A DNA stretch of 64,000 nt from Gammaproteobacteria bacterium (GCA_035279405.1 DATEHU010000026.1:194147-258146); one strand, 5' to 3'. Shown: positions 48,365-61,858, counted from the stretch's first letter. Numbers and translations: made by a program. Notes: generated by a model from the letters alone, not told the origin.

Positions 48365-49078
48365 TCAAGGGCCGGTTCGGGAGATGCGTTGCCAGCGGTT
48401 TTCCGTCAAACGTTCGTGGGGGAGAAAGCGCTCCTTGTAGGCCATTTTTTGGCTGGCCGCGATCCAGTAGCCGAGATACAGCCATGCCAGGCCGCGGCGC
48501 CGGGCTTCGGCGATTTCCCAGAGTATGCCGTAGGTGCCGAGGCTGCGCCGCGGCATATCGGGTGTGTAAAACGTATACACCGCCGACATGGAATCGCCCG
48601 ACACGTCCATGACCGCGACGGCCAGGAGTTGCCCAGCCAGGCGCATTTCCGCGAGCAGCGAGCCGTGCGGTTGCATGAGCAGGAAGCTTGCGTAGTCGTC
48701 AGGCGAGGCTTGATCCATGCCGCCGCCGGGATGTTTCCAGCGCTGGTAACGCCGATACAGCGCGAAATGCTCGTCCTGGAATTGCGCCGCACGCAGGCGC
48801 ACATCGAGATCGCGATTCCGGTTCCACACGCGCCGCTGGGCGCGATCCGGCCGGAATTCGTGCACCGGGATGCGCAACGGCACGCAGGCTTGGCAATCCC
48901 GGCAGTGGGGCCGGTAATAGAAAGCGCCATTGCGCCGGAATCCCTGCGCCAGCAGCTCCGCGTACGCGGGTCGCGCAACCATGCGTGGGTCGAGAAACAG
49001 GGTGCGCGCGGTTCGCTCTGGGAGATACGCGCAGGGATGTTCCGGCGACAGCAGCAATACGCGCAGGGAGCGTGTCAT
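48365..49078 (-). CDS. ate: Arginyl/aspartyl-tRNA--protein transferase (Ate/Bpt)
   Basis: Track ORF trimmed to ATG 49078. Supporting strings are [30 protein letters not shown] and [10 protein letters not shown]. The gene has an ATGA overlap with the aat stop. Confidence 0.88.
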   Translation of the reverse strand: MTRSLRVLLLSPEHPCAYLPERTARTLFLDPRMVARPAYAELLAQGFRRNGAFYYRPHCRDCQACVPLRIPVHEFRPDRAQRRVWNRNRDLDVRLRAAQFQDEHFALYRRYQRWKHPGGGMDQASPDDYASFLLMQPHGSLLAEMRLAGQLLAVAVMDVSGDSMSAVYTFYTPDMPRRSLGTYGILWEIAEARRRGLAWLYLGYWIAASQKMAYKERFLPHERLTENRWQRISRTGP

Positions 49079-49818
49079 GGTGAGCCTGGCACACCGCTTG
49101 TGCGTGCCTGCGGCCACGCTGAGCCGTGACCGGATTCCGCGGCTGCGTGCTGCAGGCGGCGGATGAATTCAGCCCGCGGGATCAATAGCGCGCCCATGCG
49201 CTCAAGGTGCGCGGAATGCACCTGACAGTCAAACAGCTCGTAGCCCCACTCGGAAAGCTTTGCTGAAAGCCAGACCAGTGCGATCTTGGACGCGTTGGGG
49301 CGCTGGCTGAACATGGACTCGCCGAAAAACGCCCGGCCGAGCGCCACCCCGTAAATGCCGCCCACGAGTTCGCCGTCCATGCGCACTTCAACGGAGTGCG
49401 CGTGTCCCAGGTGGTGCAATTCCAGGTACGCCGCCTGCATGGCATCAGTGATCCAGGTGCCGCCATCCGGTTGATTGCGTCGCGGGCCTGCGCAACCGCG
49501 CACGACTTCTGCGAACGCCGTGTCGGTGCTGACATCGTAACCGCCCTGGCGCAAGGTCTTGCGCAGTGACCGCGATATGTGCAGCTTGCCGGGAAGAATC
49601 ACGCAGCGCGGATCCGGCGACCACCACAGGATCGGCTGCGGGTCGCTGTACCAGGGGAAAATTCCGCGCCGGTATGCGTTGAGCAGCCGGTCCACCGAAA
49701 GGTCGCCGCCCGCGGCCAGCAGGCCGTCCGGCTCGCGCAGGGCATGTTCCACGGGCGGAAACGTATCCGGCGCGGCGCGGGATGGAATCCAGAACAGTTT
49801 GAAGCCAGGTTCCCGCAT
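49075..49818 (-). CDS. aat: Leucyl/phenylalanyl-tRNA--protein transferase
   Basis: Track ORF trimmed to ATG 49818. Supporting strings are [23 protein letters not shown] and GESMFS. Confidence 0.9.
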   Translation of the reverse strand: MREPGFKLFWIPSRAAPDTFPPVEHALREPDGLLAAGGDLSVDRLLNAYRRGIFPWYSDPQPILWWSPDPRCVILPGKLHISRSLRKTLRQGGYDVSTDTAFAEVVRGCAGPRRNQPDGGTWITDAMQAAYLELHHLGHAHSVEVRMDGELVGGIYGVALGRAFFGESMFSQRPNASKIALVWLSAKLSEWGYELFDCQVHSAHLERMGALLIPRAEFIRRLQHAAAESGHGSAWPQARTSGVPGSP

Positions 49819-49933
49819 GTTTTGACGTGGCGCTGGTAAACGTCCGGAACAATCATGCAACCATGGCTTAAGTATCACAAGCGCGGCCCACGGGGCATTC
49901 GCCAGAGTTGCGTACAACATGGGTACTTGAGGC

Positions 49934-50230
49934 AAATCCCCCCGTGCGTAAAGCGCCCGGCCCCCTTTGCAAAGGGGGCGAAGCATCGAGTGGTAGCCAT
50001 TGGTGCACGGCGATGTCATGCGCCGGTTGCGAAGCGCAGTTCCCCCCTTTGGAAAAGGGGGGTGAGAAGCAAAGCTCCGAGCGGGCAGTCATGGGCACAG
50101 CGCGAAGCGCTATGCGGGAGACCAGGGATGGTCTCCCTGGACCTGAACACGGCGCAGGATGGCAGAGTGTTCAGGACTGCCCTGGACTTTCGGACGAAGC
50201 ATGATTGCGGAGTTCGAAAGGGGGGGATTT
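49934..50230. repeat. Cluster of nested palindromes/hairpins (REP/BIME-like) between aat and the DUF482 gene
   Basis: The outer inverted repeat is aaatcccccc (49934-49943) / ggggggattt (50221-50230). The interior holds a perfect 20-nt palindrome gccccctttgcaaagggggc (49960-49979) and cccccctttggaaaagggggg (50042-50062). It also holds the hairpins gggagacc-aggga-tggtctccc (50115-50136) and cctgaacac...gtgttcagg (50141-50174). Confidence 0.8.
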
Positions 50231-50271
50231 AACGTGTGACAGCTGTCATTGCGTGTGTTTCGTTGGGCGCT

Positions 50272-51438
50272 CTACAGGATGGTGGCGGTTTGATCGGTGT
50301 GTGACCTATAGTTGCGGAACGGCAGATGCTGCGTCGCGGCCTGAATGTAAGCCTCCATCATGCGGGTTTCGCGTTGCAGAAAATCCGCGATTGCGCCGCG
50401 AAAGGCGGGTTCCGCGATGTAGTGCATGGACCGGGTGGCCACGGGCTCGAAGCCGCGGGCGAGTTTGTGTTCGCCCTGTGCACCGGGATCGAAGTGGCCG
50501 ATTCCCTCACGCATGCAGTATTCAATCCATTGGTAATAGCAGGTTTCGAAATGCAGGTCGGGGTATTCCTGCGCACAGCCCCAGTGGCGGCCGTAAAGCG
50601 TGTCGCGATTGCGGAAGCAGACCGCACAGGCCACCGGCTCGCCGGAAAGACTGGCGAAGTTCACCAGCAGGCTGTTCGGCATGGTACGCGCAATCTCCTT
50701 GAAGAAGCTCAGGTTCAGGTAAGGCGTGTGACCATGCTTGGCGTAGGTGATCGCGTAAAAGCGATACAGGATCTTCAGCAACCTTGCATCCAGATCGCCG
50801 CCGCGACAGGTCTGAAACGAAATCCCGGTCTCCCGCACTCGCCGACGCTCGCGTTTGATTTTCTTCCTTTTCTCCGCCGACAGCGCGGTCAGATATTCAT
50901 CAAAACTTTGATAGCCATGGTTGTGCCAATGGAACTGGCAGTCCTTGCGCAGCAGAAATCCCTTTCGTTGCCAGTCGTCGGTTTCGGTTTCTTCCGGGAA
51001 CAGGCAGTGTACGGATGACGCTTGGTGATTGGCCGCGAGCGCCACGGTCTGGGCCACGAGTGCCTCACGAATCGCGCGGCGGTCCGTTCCCGCGAGAGTC
51101 AGCAGGCGCGGGCCGGTCACGGGCGAGAACGGTACGGCCGCCACGAGCTTGGGGTAATAAGGCCGGCCAGCGCGCTGGTAAGCGTCGGCCCACGCCCAAT
51201 CGAACACGAATTCTCCCCACGAATGGGTCTTGAGATACAGCGGCAGCGCGCCGGTAAGTCGTCCGCTGTCGTCGGTGCAGACAAGATGCTGTGGCTGCCA
51301 GCCGGTGTCCGCGCCCACGCAACCACTGTGTTCCAGCGCGGCGAGAAACTCGTGCCTTACGAAGGGATTGTCGCCGGCGAGCTGGTTCCAGTCAGCCGCG
51401 GGTATGGCGTCAATGGAATTGTGGACCTGAACACGCAC
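50272..51438 (-). CDS. FemAB-like / DUF482 (COG3146) GNAT-fold protein of unknown function
   Basis: The N-terminus is MRVQVHNSIDAIPAADWNQLAGDNPFVRHEFLAALEHSGCVGADTGWQPQHL. Also present are LYLKTHSWGEFVFDWAWADAY and YYPKLVAAVPFSPVTGPRLL. This matches my memory of the family signature. Confidence 0.8.
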   Translation of the reverse strand: MRVQVHNSIDAIPAADWNQLAGDNPFVRHEFLAALEHSGCVGADTGWQPQHLVCTDDSGRLTGALPLYLKTHSWGEFVFDWAWADAYQRAGRPYYPKLVAAVPFSPVTGPRLLTLAGTDRRAIREALVAQTVALAANHQASSVHCLFPEETETDDWQRKGFLLRKDCQFHWHNHGYQSFDEYLTALSAEKRKKIKRERRRVRETGISFQTCRGGDLDARLLKILYRFYAITYAKHGHTPYLNLSFFKEIARTMPNSLLVNFASLSGEPVACAVCFRNRDTLYGRHWGCAQEYPDLHFETCYYQWIEYCMREGIGHFDPGAQGEHKLARGFEPVATRSMHYIAEPAFRGAIADFLQRETRMMEAYIQAATQHLPFRNYRSHTDQTATIL

Positions 51439-51636
51439 GCGCTCAGCTTAGCGCGGCGCCCCGGCCATTTGTAGAAATGGCTTATAGCCGCGATTCAAAA
51501 AACCATCGCGCTAGGAATGGCGCTCCTAAGGTAGGAGCGGCCAATGTATAAGGATGTACGTATGCTTGAGGCAGGATGCCCGGAGCCGCCTCGGTCACGA
51601 CTCTTCAAGATTAAGCAGAGGGCGGTATTCCCGCAG

Positions 51637-52647
<1,011 letters not shown>

Positions 52648-52686
52648 TCAAGTCCCCGACGGCGTTTTCCAGGTGCTGGACTGAAC

Positions 52687-52710
52687 AAAAACGGGCGCAC
52701 TCCGCGCCCG
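52687..52710 (-). terminator. Orphan rho-independent terminator upstream of trxB
   Basis: The minus strand reads cgggcgc-ggagt-gcgcccg followed by tttttgtt (7 GC pairs). There is no annotated minus-strand gene upstream of it. Confidence 0.6.
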
Positions 52711-52839
52711 GTTTCGCGTCTGGAGCCTTGCTCAGAGTAGAGTTCGCGCACGCCTGATCGTCATTACGACTGACAGCGTTGCGCGTGCACACGCTTTTTT
52801 CATGGTATCGAATTTTGACTGCAAGCTAAAGGAGCCATC

Positions 52840-53895
52840 ATGCGCATCGGTATTCCCCGTGAATTGAAACCACTGGAGGGCCGGGTCGGACTGATCCCCG
52901 CCGCGGCGGCCGAACTGGTTCGCCATGGCCATCAGGTATGCATCGAGAAGGATGCCGGCATCAAGAGCGGGTACCGCGATGAGCAATACCGCGCCGTGGG
53001 CGTGGAGGTGCTGCCCGGCGCCGCCGACGTGTACGCCAAGGCGGAAATGATCGTCAAGGTCAAGGAACCCATTGCGCCGGACCTGAAGCTGCTGCGCAAG
53101 GAGCACCTGCTGTTCTGCTATCTGCACCTCGCGGCGCTTCCCCAGCTTACCGAGGCACTCAAGAAGATCGGTCTGACTGCAGTGGCGTTTGAAACCGTCG
53201 AAGTGGATGGGCACACGCCATTGCTCGCTCCCATGAGCGATATCGCAGGCCGGCTTGCGATTCAGGTTGGTACGCATCTGCTGCATCAGCCGCAGGGCGG
53301 CAAGGGCATATTGCTCGGCGGCGTACCGGCCGCGAAGCGTGGGCACGTCGTGGTTGTGGGCGCGGGTGTGGCGGGCGGTGCCGCGGCCGCCGTGGCGGCC
53401 GGCTTGGGCGCCGAAGTCACGGTGTTCGACATTTCCCGCGAGCGCATGGAGCGCATGCGCGCTCTGGGCGCGAACGTGACCGCGCTGTATGCGCACAAGG
53501 CGGATATTGCCGAGGCCGTGAAGGCGGCCGATATCGTGGTGGGTGCCGTGCTGGTGACCGGTGCCAAGGCGCCGCACGTGGTTTCGGCCGACATGGTCAA
53601 GGCCATGCAGCCCGGCAGCGTAGTTGCGGATATCTCCGTGGACCAGGGCGGCTGCGTGGAAAGCACCCGTCCCACCACCTGGGACAAGCCGACCTACGTG
53701 TGGGAGGGTGTGATCCACTTCACGGTGACCAATATGCCGGGGGCGGTGCCACGCACCTCGTCGCAGGCGCTGTCAGCGGCCATCACGCCGTATGCGCTTA
53801 CACTGGCCGCCGGCAATTGGCGCGACTCGGACGCCCTGCGCAAGGGCATCAATGTCGAGGGCGGCAGGGTAGTTCACCCCGCATTGCTGACTTGA
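52840..53895 (+). CDS. ald: Alanine dehydrogenase
   Basis: The N-terminus is MRIGIPRELKPLEGRVGLIP. Also present are the Rossmann motif VVVVGAGVAGGAA and ADISVDQGG. Confidence 0.88.
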   Translation: MRIGIPRELKPLEGRVGLIPAAAAELVRHGHQVCIEKDAGIKSGYRDEQYRAVGVEVLPGAADVYAKAEMIVKVKEPIAPDLKLLRKEHLLFCYLHLAALPQLTEALKKIGLTAVAFETVEVDGHTPLLAPMSDIAGRLAIQVGTHLLHQPQGGKGILLGGVPAAKRGHVVVVGAGVAGGAAAAVAAGLGAEVTVFDISRERMERMRALGANVTALYAHKADIAEAVKAADIVVGAVLVTGAKAPHVVSADMVKAMQPGSVVADISVDQGGCVESTRPTTWDKPTYVWEGVIHFTVTNMPGAVPRTSSQALSAAITPYALTLAAGNWRDSDALRKGINVEGGRVVHPALLT

Positions 53896-53947
53896 TTGAA
53901 TTTCTTTGTAAACTGCCGGTTACATTTTCTTAACATCAGGACGAAAC

Positions 53948-56293
53948 GTGGCGCAGGCGACGCGCAAGGCCAACACCCGCTCACCCCTCGCCATCCATCT
54001 GGTCCAGGGCCTCAAGGAGGCTTTGCTGTGGGTGTTGCTCGCCATTGCGGTGCTGCTGTTCGTCTGCCTGCTGACCTACAGCCCGCAGGATCCCAGCCCG
54101 TTCTTTAGCGGGGAGGGTGGCCGGGTACACAATGCCATCGGTCCGGTGGGTGCATGGCTCGCGGCCGCGCTGTATTTCCTCATCGGCTATCCCGCCTATC
54201 TGGTTCCCGTGCTGCTCGCCTGGGCGGGCTGGATGGTGTTCCGCAACCGCAAATCCGGCCAACCGGCAAACAAGCTGCAGGTGTCGCTGCGCATTGGCGG
54301 GCTGGTTCTCGCGCTGCTAACCGCCGCCGGGCTGGCCTCGCTCAACTGGCACATTGCACCCCACAGACTGCCGGCGGACGCGGGCGGCATATTCGGCGAT
54401 GTCATCGGCAAGGGCATGGCGCACGGCCTGAGCGATCTGGGTGCGACGCTGCTGCTGCTCGCATTGTTCCTGAGCTCGGTGACGGTGTTTACCGGCTTGT
54501 CGTGGATTGCGCTCATGGATCGCATCGGCCGTTTCTGCCTGCTGGCCGCCGAGCGTACGCGCAATCGCTGGGGTTGGCTGCGTGAAGCCATCCAAGCGCG
54601 CCGCAGCCGCGAGCAGCAAATCGAAATCGTGCGCCTGCACCAGGAAGACGTGCAGAACCGGCCCAAGCCGCGCATCGAGCCGGTGCTGAAAACCGTGGAG
54701 CCGAGCCCGCGCGTGGAGCGCGAGCGCCAGGTACCACTGTTTGAGCCGGTTTCCGATGCCAAGCTTCCGCCGCTGGCCTTGCTCGACGATCCACCGTCGA
54801 AAGTGGCCGGCTACTCGGAAGCCGCGCTGGAAGCCATGTCGCGCACCGTGGAGTTGAAGCTCAAGGATTTCGGCGTGGAAGTGCAGGTGGTCGCGGTGAA
54901 TCCCGGCCCGGTGGTCACGCGCTTCGAGTTGCAGCCGGCGCCGGGCGTGAAGGTCAGCCAGATTTCCAATCTCGCCAAGGACCTGGCGCGCGGGCTTTCC
55001 GCCATCAGCGTGCGCGTGGTGGAGGTGATCCCGGGAAAATCCGTGATCGGGCTGGAAATTCCCAACGAAGTGCGCGAACTGGTGACGCTCGGTGAAATCC
55101 TCAAGTCGCGCGAATACGACGAGTCGCGCTCGCCGCTGACGCTGGCGCTTGGCAAGGACATCAGCGGCAACCCGGTGGTGGCGGACCTCGAACGCATGCC
55201 GCACCTGCTGATTGCCGGCACCACCGGCTCGGGCAAGTCCGTCGCCTTGAATGCCATGACGCTGAGCTTGCTGTACAAGGCCACGCCCGAGCACACGCGC
55301 TTCATCATGATCGACCCCAAGATGCTGGAGCTTTCGGTGTATGCAGGCATTCCGCACCTGCTGGCACCGGTCGTGACCGACATGAAAGAGGCCGCCAACG
55401 CCCTGCGCTGGTGCGTGGTGGAAATGGAGCGCCGTTACCGGCTCATGGCATCGGTAAGCGTGCGCAATCTCGCGAGCTACAACCGCAAGGTCAAGGACGC
55501 GGCCGATGCCGGCCGGCCGATTCGCGATCCGTTGCTCACGCCCGAAGCACTCAACGAACTGGACGATGCCGACATCCCGACACTTACACCGCTGCCCAGC
55601 ATCGTGGTGGTGGTGGACGAGCTGGCCGACATGATGCTGGTGGTCGGCAAGAAAGTCGAAGAGCTGATTACGCGACTCGCGCAGAAGGCGCGCGCCTCCG
55701 GGATACACCTGATCCTCGCCACCCAGCGGCCGTCGGTGGATGTGATTACCGGCCTCATCAAGGCCAACATTCCGGCGCGTATCGCCTTCCAGGTATCGGC
55801 ACGCGTGGATTCGCGCACCATCCTCGATCAGCAGGGTGCGGAATCGCTGCTTGGCCACGGCGACATGCTGTTCTTGTTGCCCGGCACCTCGGTACCGATG
55901 CGCGTGCACGGCGCGTTCGTGAGCGACCAGGAAGTCCACAAGGTGGTGGATTACCTGCGCAAGGGTTTGAAAGGCAATGCCCCAAATTATTTGGAGGAAA
56001 TCCTGCAGGCACCGGCCGAATCCCTGCCGGGAATACCCGGACTGGGCGACGTCGGCGGTGAAGGCGGCGATGCCGAGTCCGATCCGCTCTACGATCAGGC
56101 GGTACGCATCGTGACCGAATCGCGCCGCGCCTCGATCTCGGGCGTGCAGCGGCGCCTGAGGATCGGTTACAACCGCGCGGCGCGCATGATCGAGCAGATG
56201 GAAGTCGCGGGCATCGTCGGGCCGCTGCAATCCAACGGCATGCGTGAAGTGCTGGTGGCGCCGCCGCCGGGTATAGAGGAAGGTGAGGGGTGA
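53948..56293 (+). CDS. ftsK: DNA translocase FtsK
   Basis: The start is GTG. There are N-terminal TM segments, Walker A in [10 protein letters not shown], and a gamma winged-helix domain ([25 protein letters not shown]). Confidence 0.93.
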   Translation: MAQATRKANTRSPLAIHLVQGLKEALLWVLLAIAVLLFVCLLTYSPQDPSPFFSGEGGRVHNAIGPVGAWLAAALYFLIGYPAYLVPVLLAWAGWMVFRNRKSGQPANKLQVSLRIGGLVLALLTAAGLASLNWHIAPHRLPADAGGIFGDVIGKGMAHGLSDLGATLLLLALFLSSVTVFTGLSWIALMDRIGRFCLLAAERTRNRWGWLREAIQARRSREQQIEIVRLHQEDVQNRPKPRIEPVLKTVEPSPRVERERQVPLFEPVSDAKLPPLALLDDPPSKVAGYSEAALEAMSRTVELKLKDFGVEVQVVAVNPGPVVTRFELQPAPGVKVSQISNLAKDLARGLSAISVRVVEVIPGKSVIGLEIPNEVRELVTLGEILKSREYDESRSPLTLALGKDISGNPVVADLERMPHLLIAGTTGSGKSVALNAMTLSLLYKATPEHTRFIMIDPKMLELSVYAGIPHLLAPVVTDMKEAANALRWCVVEMERRYRLMASVSVRNLASYNRKVKDAADAGRPIRDPLLTPEALNELDDADIPTLTPLPSIVVVVDELADMMLVVGKKVEELITRLAQKARASGIHLILATQRPSVDVITGLIKANIPARIAFQVSARVDSRTILDQQGAESLLGHGDMLFLLPGTSVPMRVHGAFVSDQEVHKVVDYLRKGLKGNAPNYLEEILQAPAESLPGIPGLGDVGGEGGDAESDPLYDQAVRIVTESRRASISGVQRRLRIGYNRAARMIEQMEVAGIVGPLQSNGMREVLVAPPPGIEEGEG

Positions 56294-56323
56294 GGCGTGA
56301 GGCGTGAGGCGTTAAGAGTGAGG
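56282..56323. repeat. Heptanucleotide tandem array (NGTGAGG x6, one degenerate unit)
   Basis: The array is ggtgagg ggtgagg cgtgagg cgtgagg cgttaag agtgagg. Its first units encode the last ftsK codons (GEG) and the stop tga (56291-56293). Confidence 0.95.
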
Positions 56324-56358
56324 ACCAAGATAGCATGTTGGAGAAGATGGTGCACATC

Positions 56359-57003
56359 ATGACCTTCAAGCAAGCGGCCTTGTTGTTTCTTGTCTGCCTG
56401 CCTTCGGCGGCGTTGGCGGCGCCATCCGGCGACGCGGTGGCGCGCATGCAGGCGTTCCTGAGCCGGGTGCACAGCTTGAAAGCCGATTTTACCCAGGTGG
56501 TGCTGGACGCCAATCTGCAAACCATCAAGCAATCCTCGGGAACGCTGATCCTCAAGCGACCCAACCGTTTCCGTTGGGACTATGCCGCGCCCAACCGGGA
56601 AATCATCGACGCCGACGGCACGCGCGTGTGGATGTACGACGTGGAGCTGCAACAGGTGACGGTCAAACCGCTCACCGGTACGCTGGCCGCGAGTCCGGCG
56701 GTGTTGCTTGCCGGCTCCAACGACGTGCAGCGGAACTTCATCGTCAAGAACCTGGGCGTGGAAAACGGCCTCGAGTGGGTGGGCGTGACGCCCAAGATCA
56801 AGGACACCGATTTCGACAGTGTAAAGCTCGGCTTCCGCGGCAATCTGGTCGCGGTCATGGAACTGAAGGACGCGCTCGGCAACCTCACGCGCATCACCTT
56901 CAGTCACGTGCAGGTCAATCCCGCGTTACCCGACAGTCTGTTCAAGTTCACGCCGCCACCCGGCGCCGATGTGATCGGTGATGCCGGCAAGCCCGGCAGC
57001 TGA
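56359..57003 (+). CDS. lolA: Outer-membrane lipoprotein carrier protein LolA
   Basis: The signal peptide is MTFKQAALLFLVCLPSAALA. Also present are FTQVVLDANLQTIKQSSGTL and RFRWDY. Alternative upstream ATGs lie at 56335 and 56347. Confidence 0.88.
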   Translation: MTFKQAALLFLVCLPSAALAAPSGDAVARMQAFLSRVHSLKADFTQVVLDANLQTIKQSSGTLILKRPNRFRWDYAAPNREIIDADGTRVWMYDVELQQVTVKPLTGTLAASPAVLLAGSNDVQRNFIVKNLGVENGLEWVGVTPKIKDTDFDSVKLGFRGNLVAVMELKDALGNLTRITFSHVQVNPALPDSLFKFTPPPGADVIGDAGKPGS

Positions 57004-57394
57004 ACCGCGGTTTACAACATGCACCGTCTCTGGATTTACCGCGGCTGGCTGGGAGCGGGCTGGCTGCTGGTGATCTTCGTCATCTGGATCACGCTTACGC
57101 CCAAACCGCCCGATGAATTGCAGCTCATCCCGCATCTGGACAAAATCGGTCATTTCCTGGCTTACGCTTTGTTGGCGGCATGGTTCAGCGCCGTGTTGCC
57201 CGGGCGGCGCTGGTTGACCGGCCTGACGCTTGCGTTCATCGCCATGGGCGGGATTCTGGAAATCCTGCAGGGATACACGGGCCGTGACCCGAGCTGGTTT
57301 GACTGGTTGATAGACATCGGCGGAGCCCTGCTGGGAGCGGGGCTGCCGCGCATTTGGCTCGGCAGTGTATATGCATGGATCGGCGGACGTGAAC

Positions 57395-60391
<2,997 letters not shown>

Positions 60392-60535
60392 CGACGATCT
60401 CCGCTTCGGACAGGAATGGAAAGCGACGGCTCTCTCCGCCGCCAGCGCGCTACCAAGTAATAAGCCTTTGGATGGCCAATTTCAAGCGAATTATGGCCGC
60501 GCTGCGGCGCTTCCGTTATGCTTGCACTCAGCTAT

Positions 60536-60623
60536 GGAGGGGTGGCCGAGTGGTTTAAGGCACCGGTCTTGAAAACCGGCAATGGGCAACCGTTCGTGGG
60601 TTCGAATCCCACCCCCTCCGCCA
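60536..60623 (+). tRNA. tRNA-Ser (anticodon UGA), type II with long variable arm
   Basis: Folded by hand. The acceptor stem is GGAGGGG/CCCCTCC, and the D arm is GCC-GAGTGGTTTAA-GGC. The anticodon arm is CCGGT-CTTGAAA-ACCGG, followed by the variable arm CAATGGGCAACCGTTC. The T arm is GTGGG-TTCGAAT-CCCAC, the discriminator is G and CCA is encoded. Confidence 0.92.
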
Positions 60624-60792
60624 CAGCATTTGAACAGCATCAATGGGCTCCATGTGAACGACGGTGGAACTACTGACAAGGATTCGAACCCACGAAGGAA
60701 TCAATCAGCCCGGTTCGACAAAATCGCCGGGAGCGATTTTGAACGCCGCAAGGTGGCGGCCCCGAAGGGGCGGAGGGCAGGATGCCCGGAGT

Positions 60793-60811
60793 AATCCCAC
60801 CCCCTCCGCCA
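60793..60811 (+). repeat. Perfect 19-nt direct repeat of the tRNA-Ser 3' end (aatcccaccccctccgcca)
   Basis: The sequence is identical to 60605..60623. In addition, 60680..60694 (ggattcgaacccacg) is the exact reverse complement of the tRNA T-arm segment 60595..60609. Confidence 0.9.
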
Positions 60812-60828
60812 ATATAAATCCATATCGC

Positions 60829-61857
60829 GTGAAAACTTCACAGCGCATCCTCGTCATCCGTAACGACAAGCTCGGCGATTTCATGCTTGCCTGGCCGGCG
60901 TTGGCACTGCTGCGCGCGAGTTTGCCGCAGGCGCACATCACCGTGCTGGTGCCGGCCTACACTGCGCCGTTGGCGGAGATTTGTCCGTTTGTCGATGCAG
61001 CCTTGATTGACCCGAAGCTGCATGGCGATTTGCGCAACGCACGAGCCTTGGGAAAGTTGCTGACAGCAAGCGGCTTTGACGCGGTCATTACGCTGTTCTC
61101 GCGCTTCGATACCGGCTTGGCGGCCTGGCGAGCAGGCATACGGTGGCGGCTTGCTCCCGCTACCAAGCTTGCGCAGGTGTTTTACAACCATCGGTTGAAA
61201 CAACACCGCTCGCAGTCCCTCAAACCGGAATTTGAATACAACCTGGATCTGGTGAAGTTTTTCCTGAATGAACAGGGCTGCCCGCAGGCACCATTACCGC
61301 CACCGCCATATTTGCAGTTTGATGCCGCACTGATCCAGCCACTGGAACGCAATTTCAAGCGCACCCATGCGGTGCCGGGTGGTGCGCGGTTGGTGTTCGT
61401 GCACGCCGGTCACGGCGGTTCGGCCAACAATCTGTCGGTTGAGCAATATGCGCAGTTGATACGCAGCCTGAAATCAGCGGGCGGCCAACATGTGGTGCTG
61501 ACGGCCGGGCCGGATGAGGAAGCCAAAGCCCAGGGGCTTTCCGCGCTGCTCGATGGATTACCCCACACGGTCTACGTTTCGCGTGAAGGCTTGGTGGATT
61601 TCGCCAAGCACCTGCAATTCTGTGATTTATTCATCAGCGGCTCGACCGGGCCTTTGCATGTTGCCGCCGCGCTGAATTGCCGTACTGCGGCGTTCTTTCC
61701 GCGCCGGCGCTCGTCCACGGCACTGCGCTGGCAAACGATCAACGCACCGGAACGACGCCTGGCATTTGCGCCGCCCGCAGGCAGCGCGGAGAATGACATG
61801 CGCGCGATTGACGCGTGCGCCGCCGCGGCGGAAATCAGCCGCAAGTTCCTCGCTTGA
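60829..61857 (+). CDS. Glycosyltransferase family 9 (heptosyltransferase-like)
   Basis: Track ORF 60664.. trimmed to in-frame GTG 60829 (VKTSQRILVIRNDKLGDFMLAWPALALLR). Also present is FISGSTGPLHVAAAL. The discarded N-terminal part lies over the tRNA-repeat region. Confidence 0.8.
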   Translation: MKTSQRILVIRNDKLGDFMLAWPALALLRASLPQAHITVLVPAYTAPLAEICPFVDAALIDPKLHGDLRNARALGKLLTASGFDAVITLFSRFDTGLAAWRAGIRWRLAPATKLAQVFYNHRLKQHRSQSLKPEFEYNLDLVKFFLNEQGCPQAPLPPPPYLQFDAALIQPLERNFKRTHAVPGGARLVFVHAGHGGSANNLSVEQYAQLIRSLKSAGGQHVVLTAGPDEEAKAQGLSALLDGLPHTVYVSREGLVDFAKHLQFCDLFISGSTGPLHVAAALNCRTAAFFPRRRSSTALRWQTINAPERRLAFAPPAGSAENDMRAIDACAAAAEISRKFLA

Positions 61858-61858
61858 T

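Noticed and set aside
51570-51585. 16-mer ggcaggatgcccggag shared with 60776..60791
   Set aside because: About 0.5-1 identical 16-mer pair is expected by chance in 64 kb when both strands are considered. The expectation is higher in GC-biased DNA. The flanks do not align, so the match is not treated as a repeat family.
54317-56230. 637-aa minus-strand ORF, and similar long antisense ORFs at 16083..17657, 22451..23995, 8373..9482, 11280..12029 and 28118..29134
   Set aside because: Each lies opposite a confidently identified gene (ftsK, the POT transporter, msbA, mfd, aguB, rne). All show the same degenerate high-GC composition. The 11280 ORF additionally begins in the palindromic repeat (VIPANAGIQ artefact).
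60664-60700. Possible minus-strand tRNA gene containing the inverted T-arm copy
   Set aside because: Only 15 nt match. The would-be T stem GTGGG/CCTTG cannot pair. No acceptor, D or anticodon arms can be drawn. It is a fragment, used only as evidence for the recombination scar.
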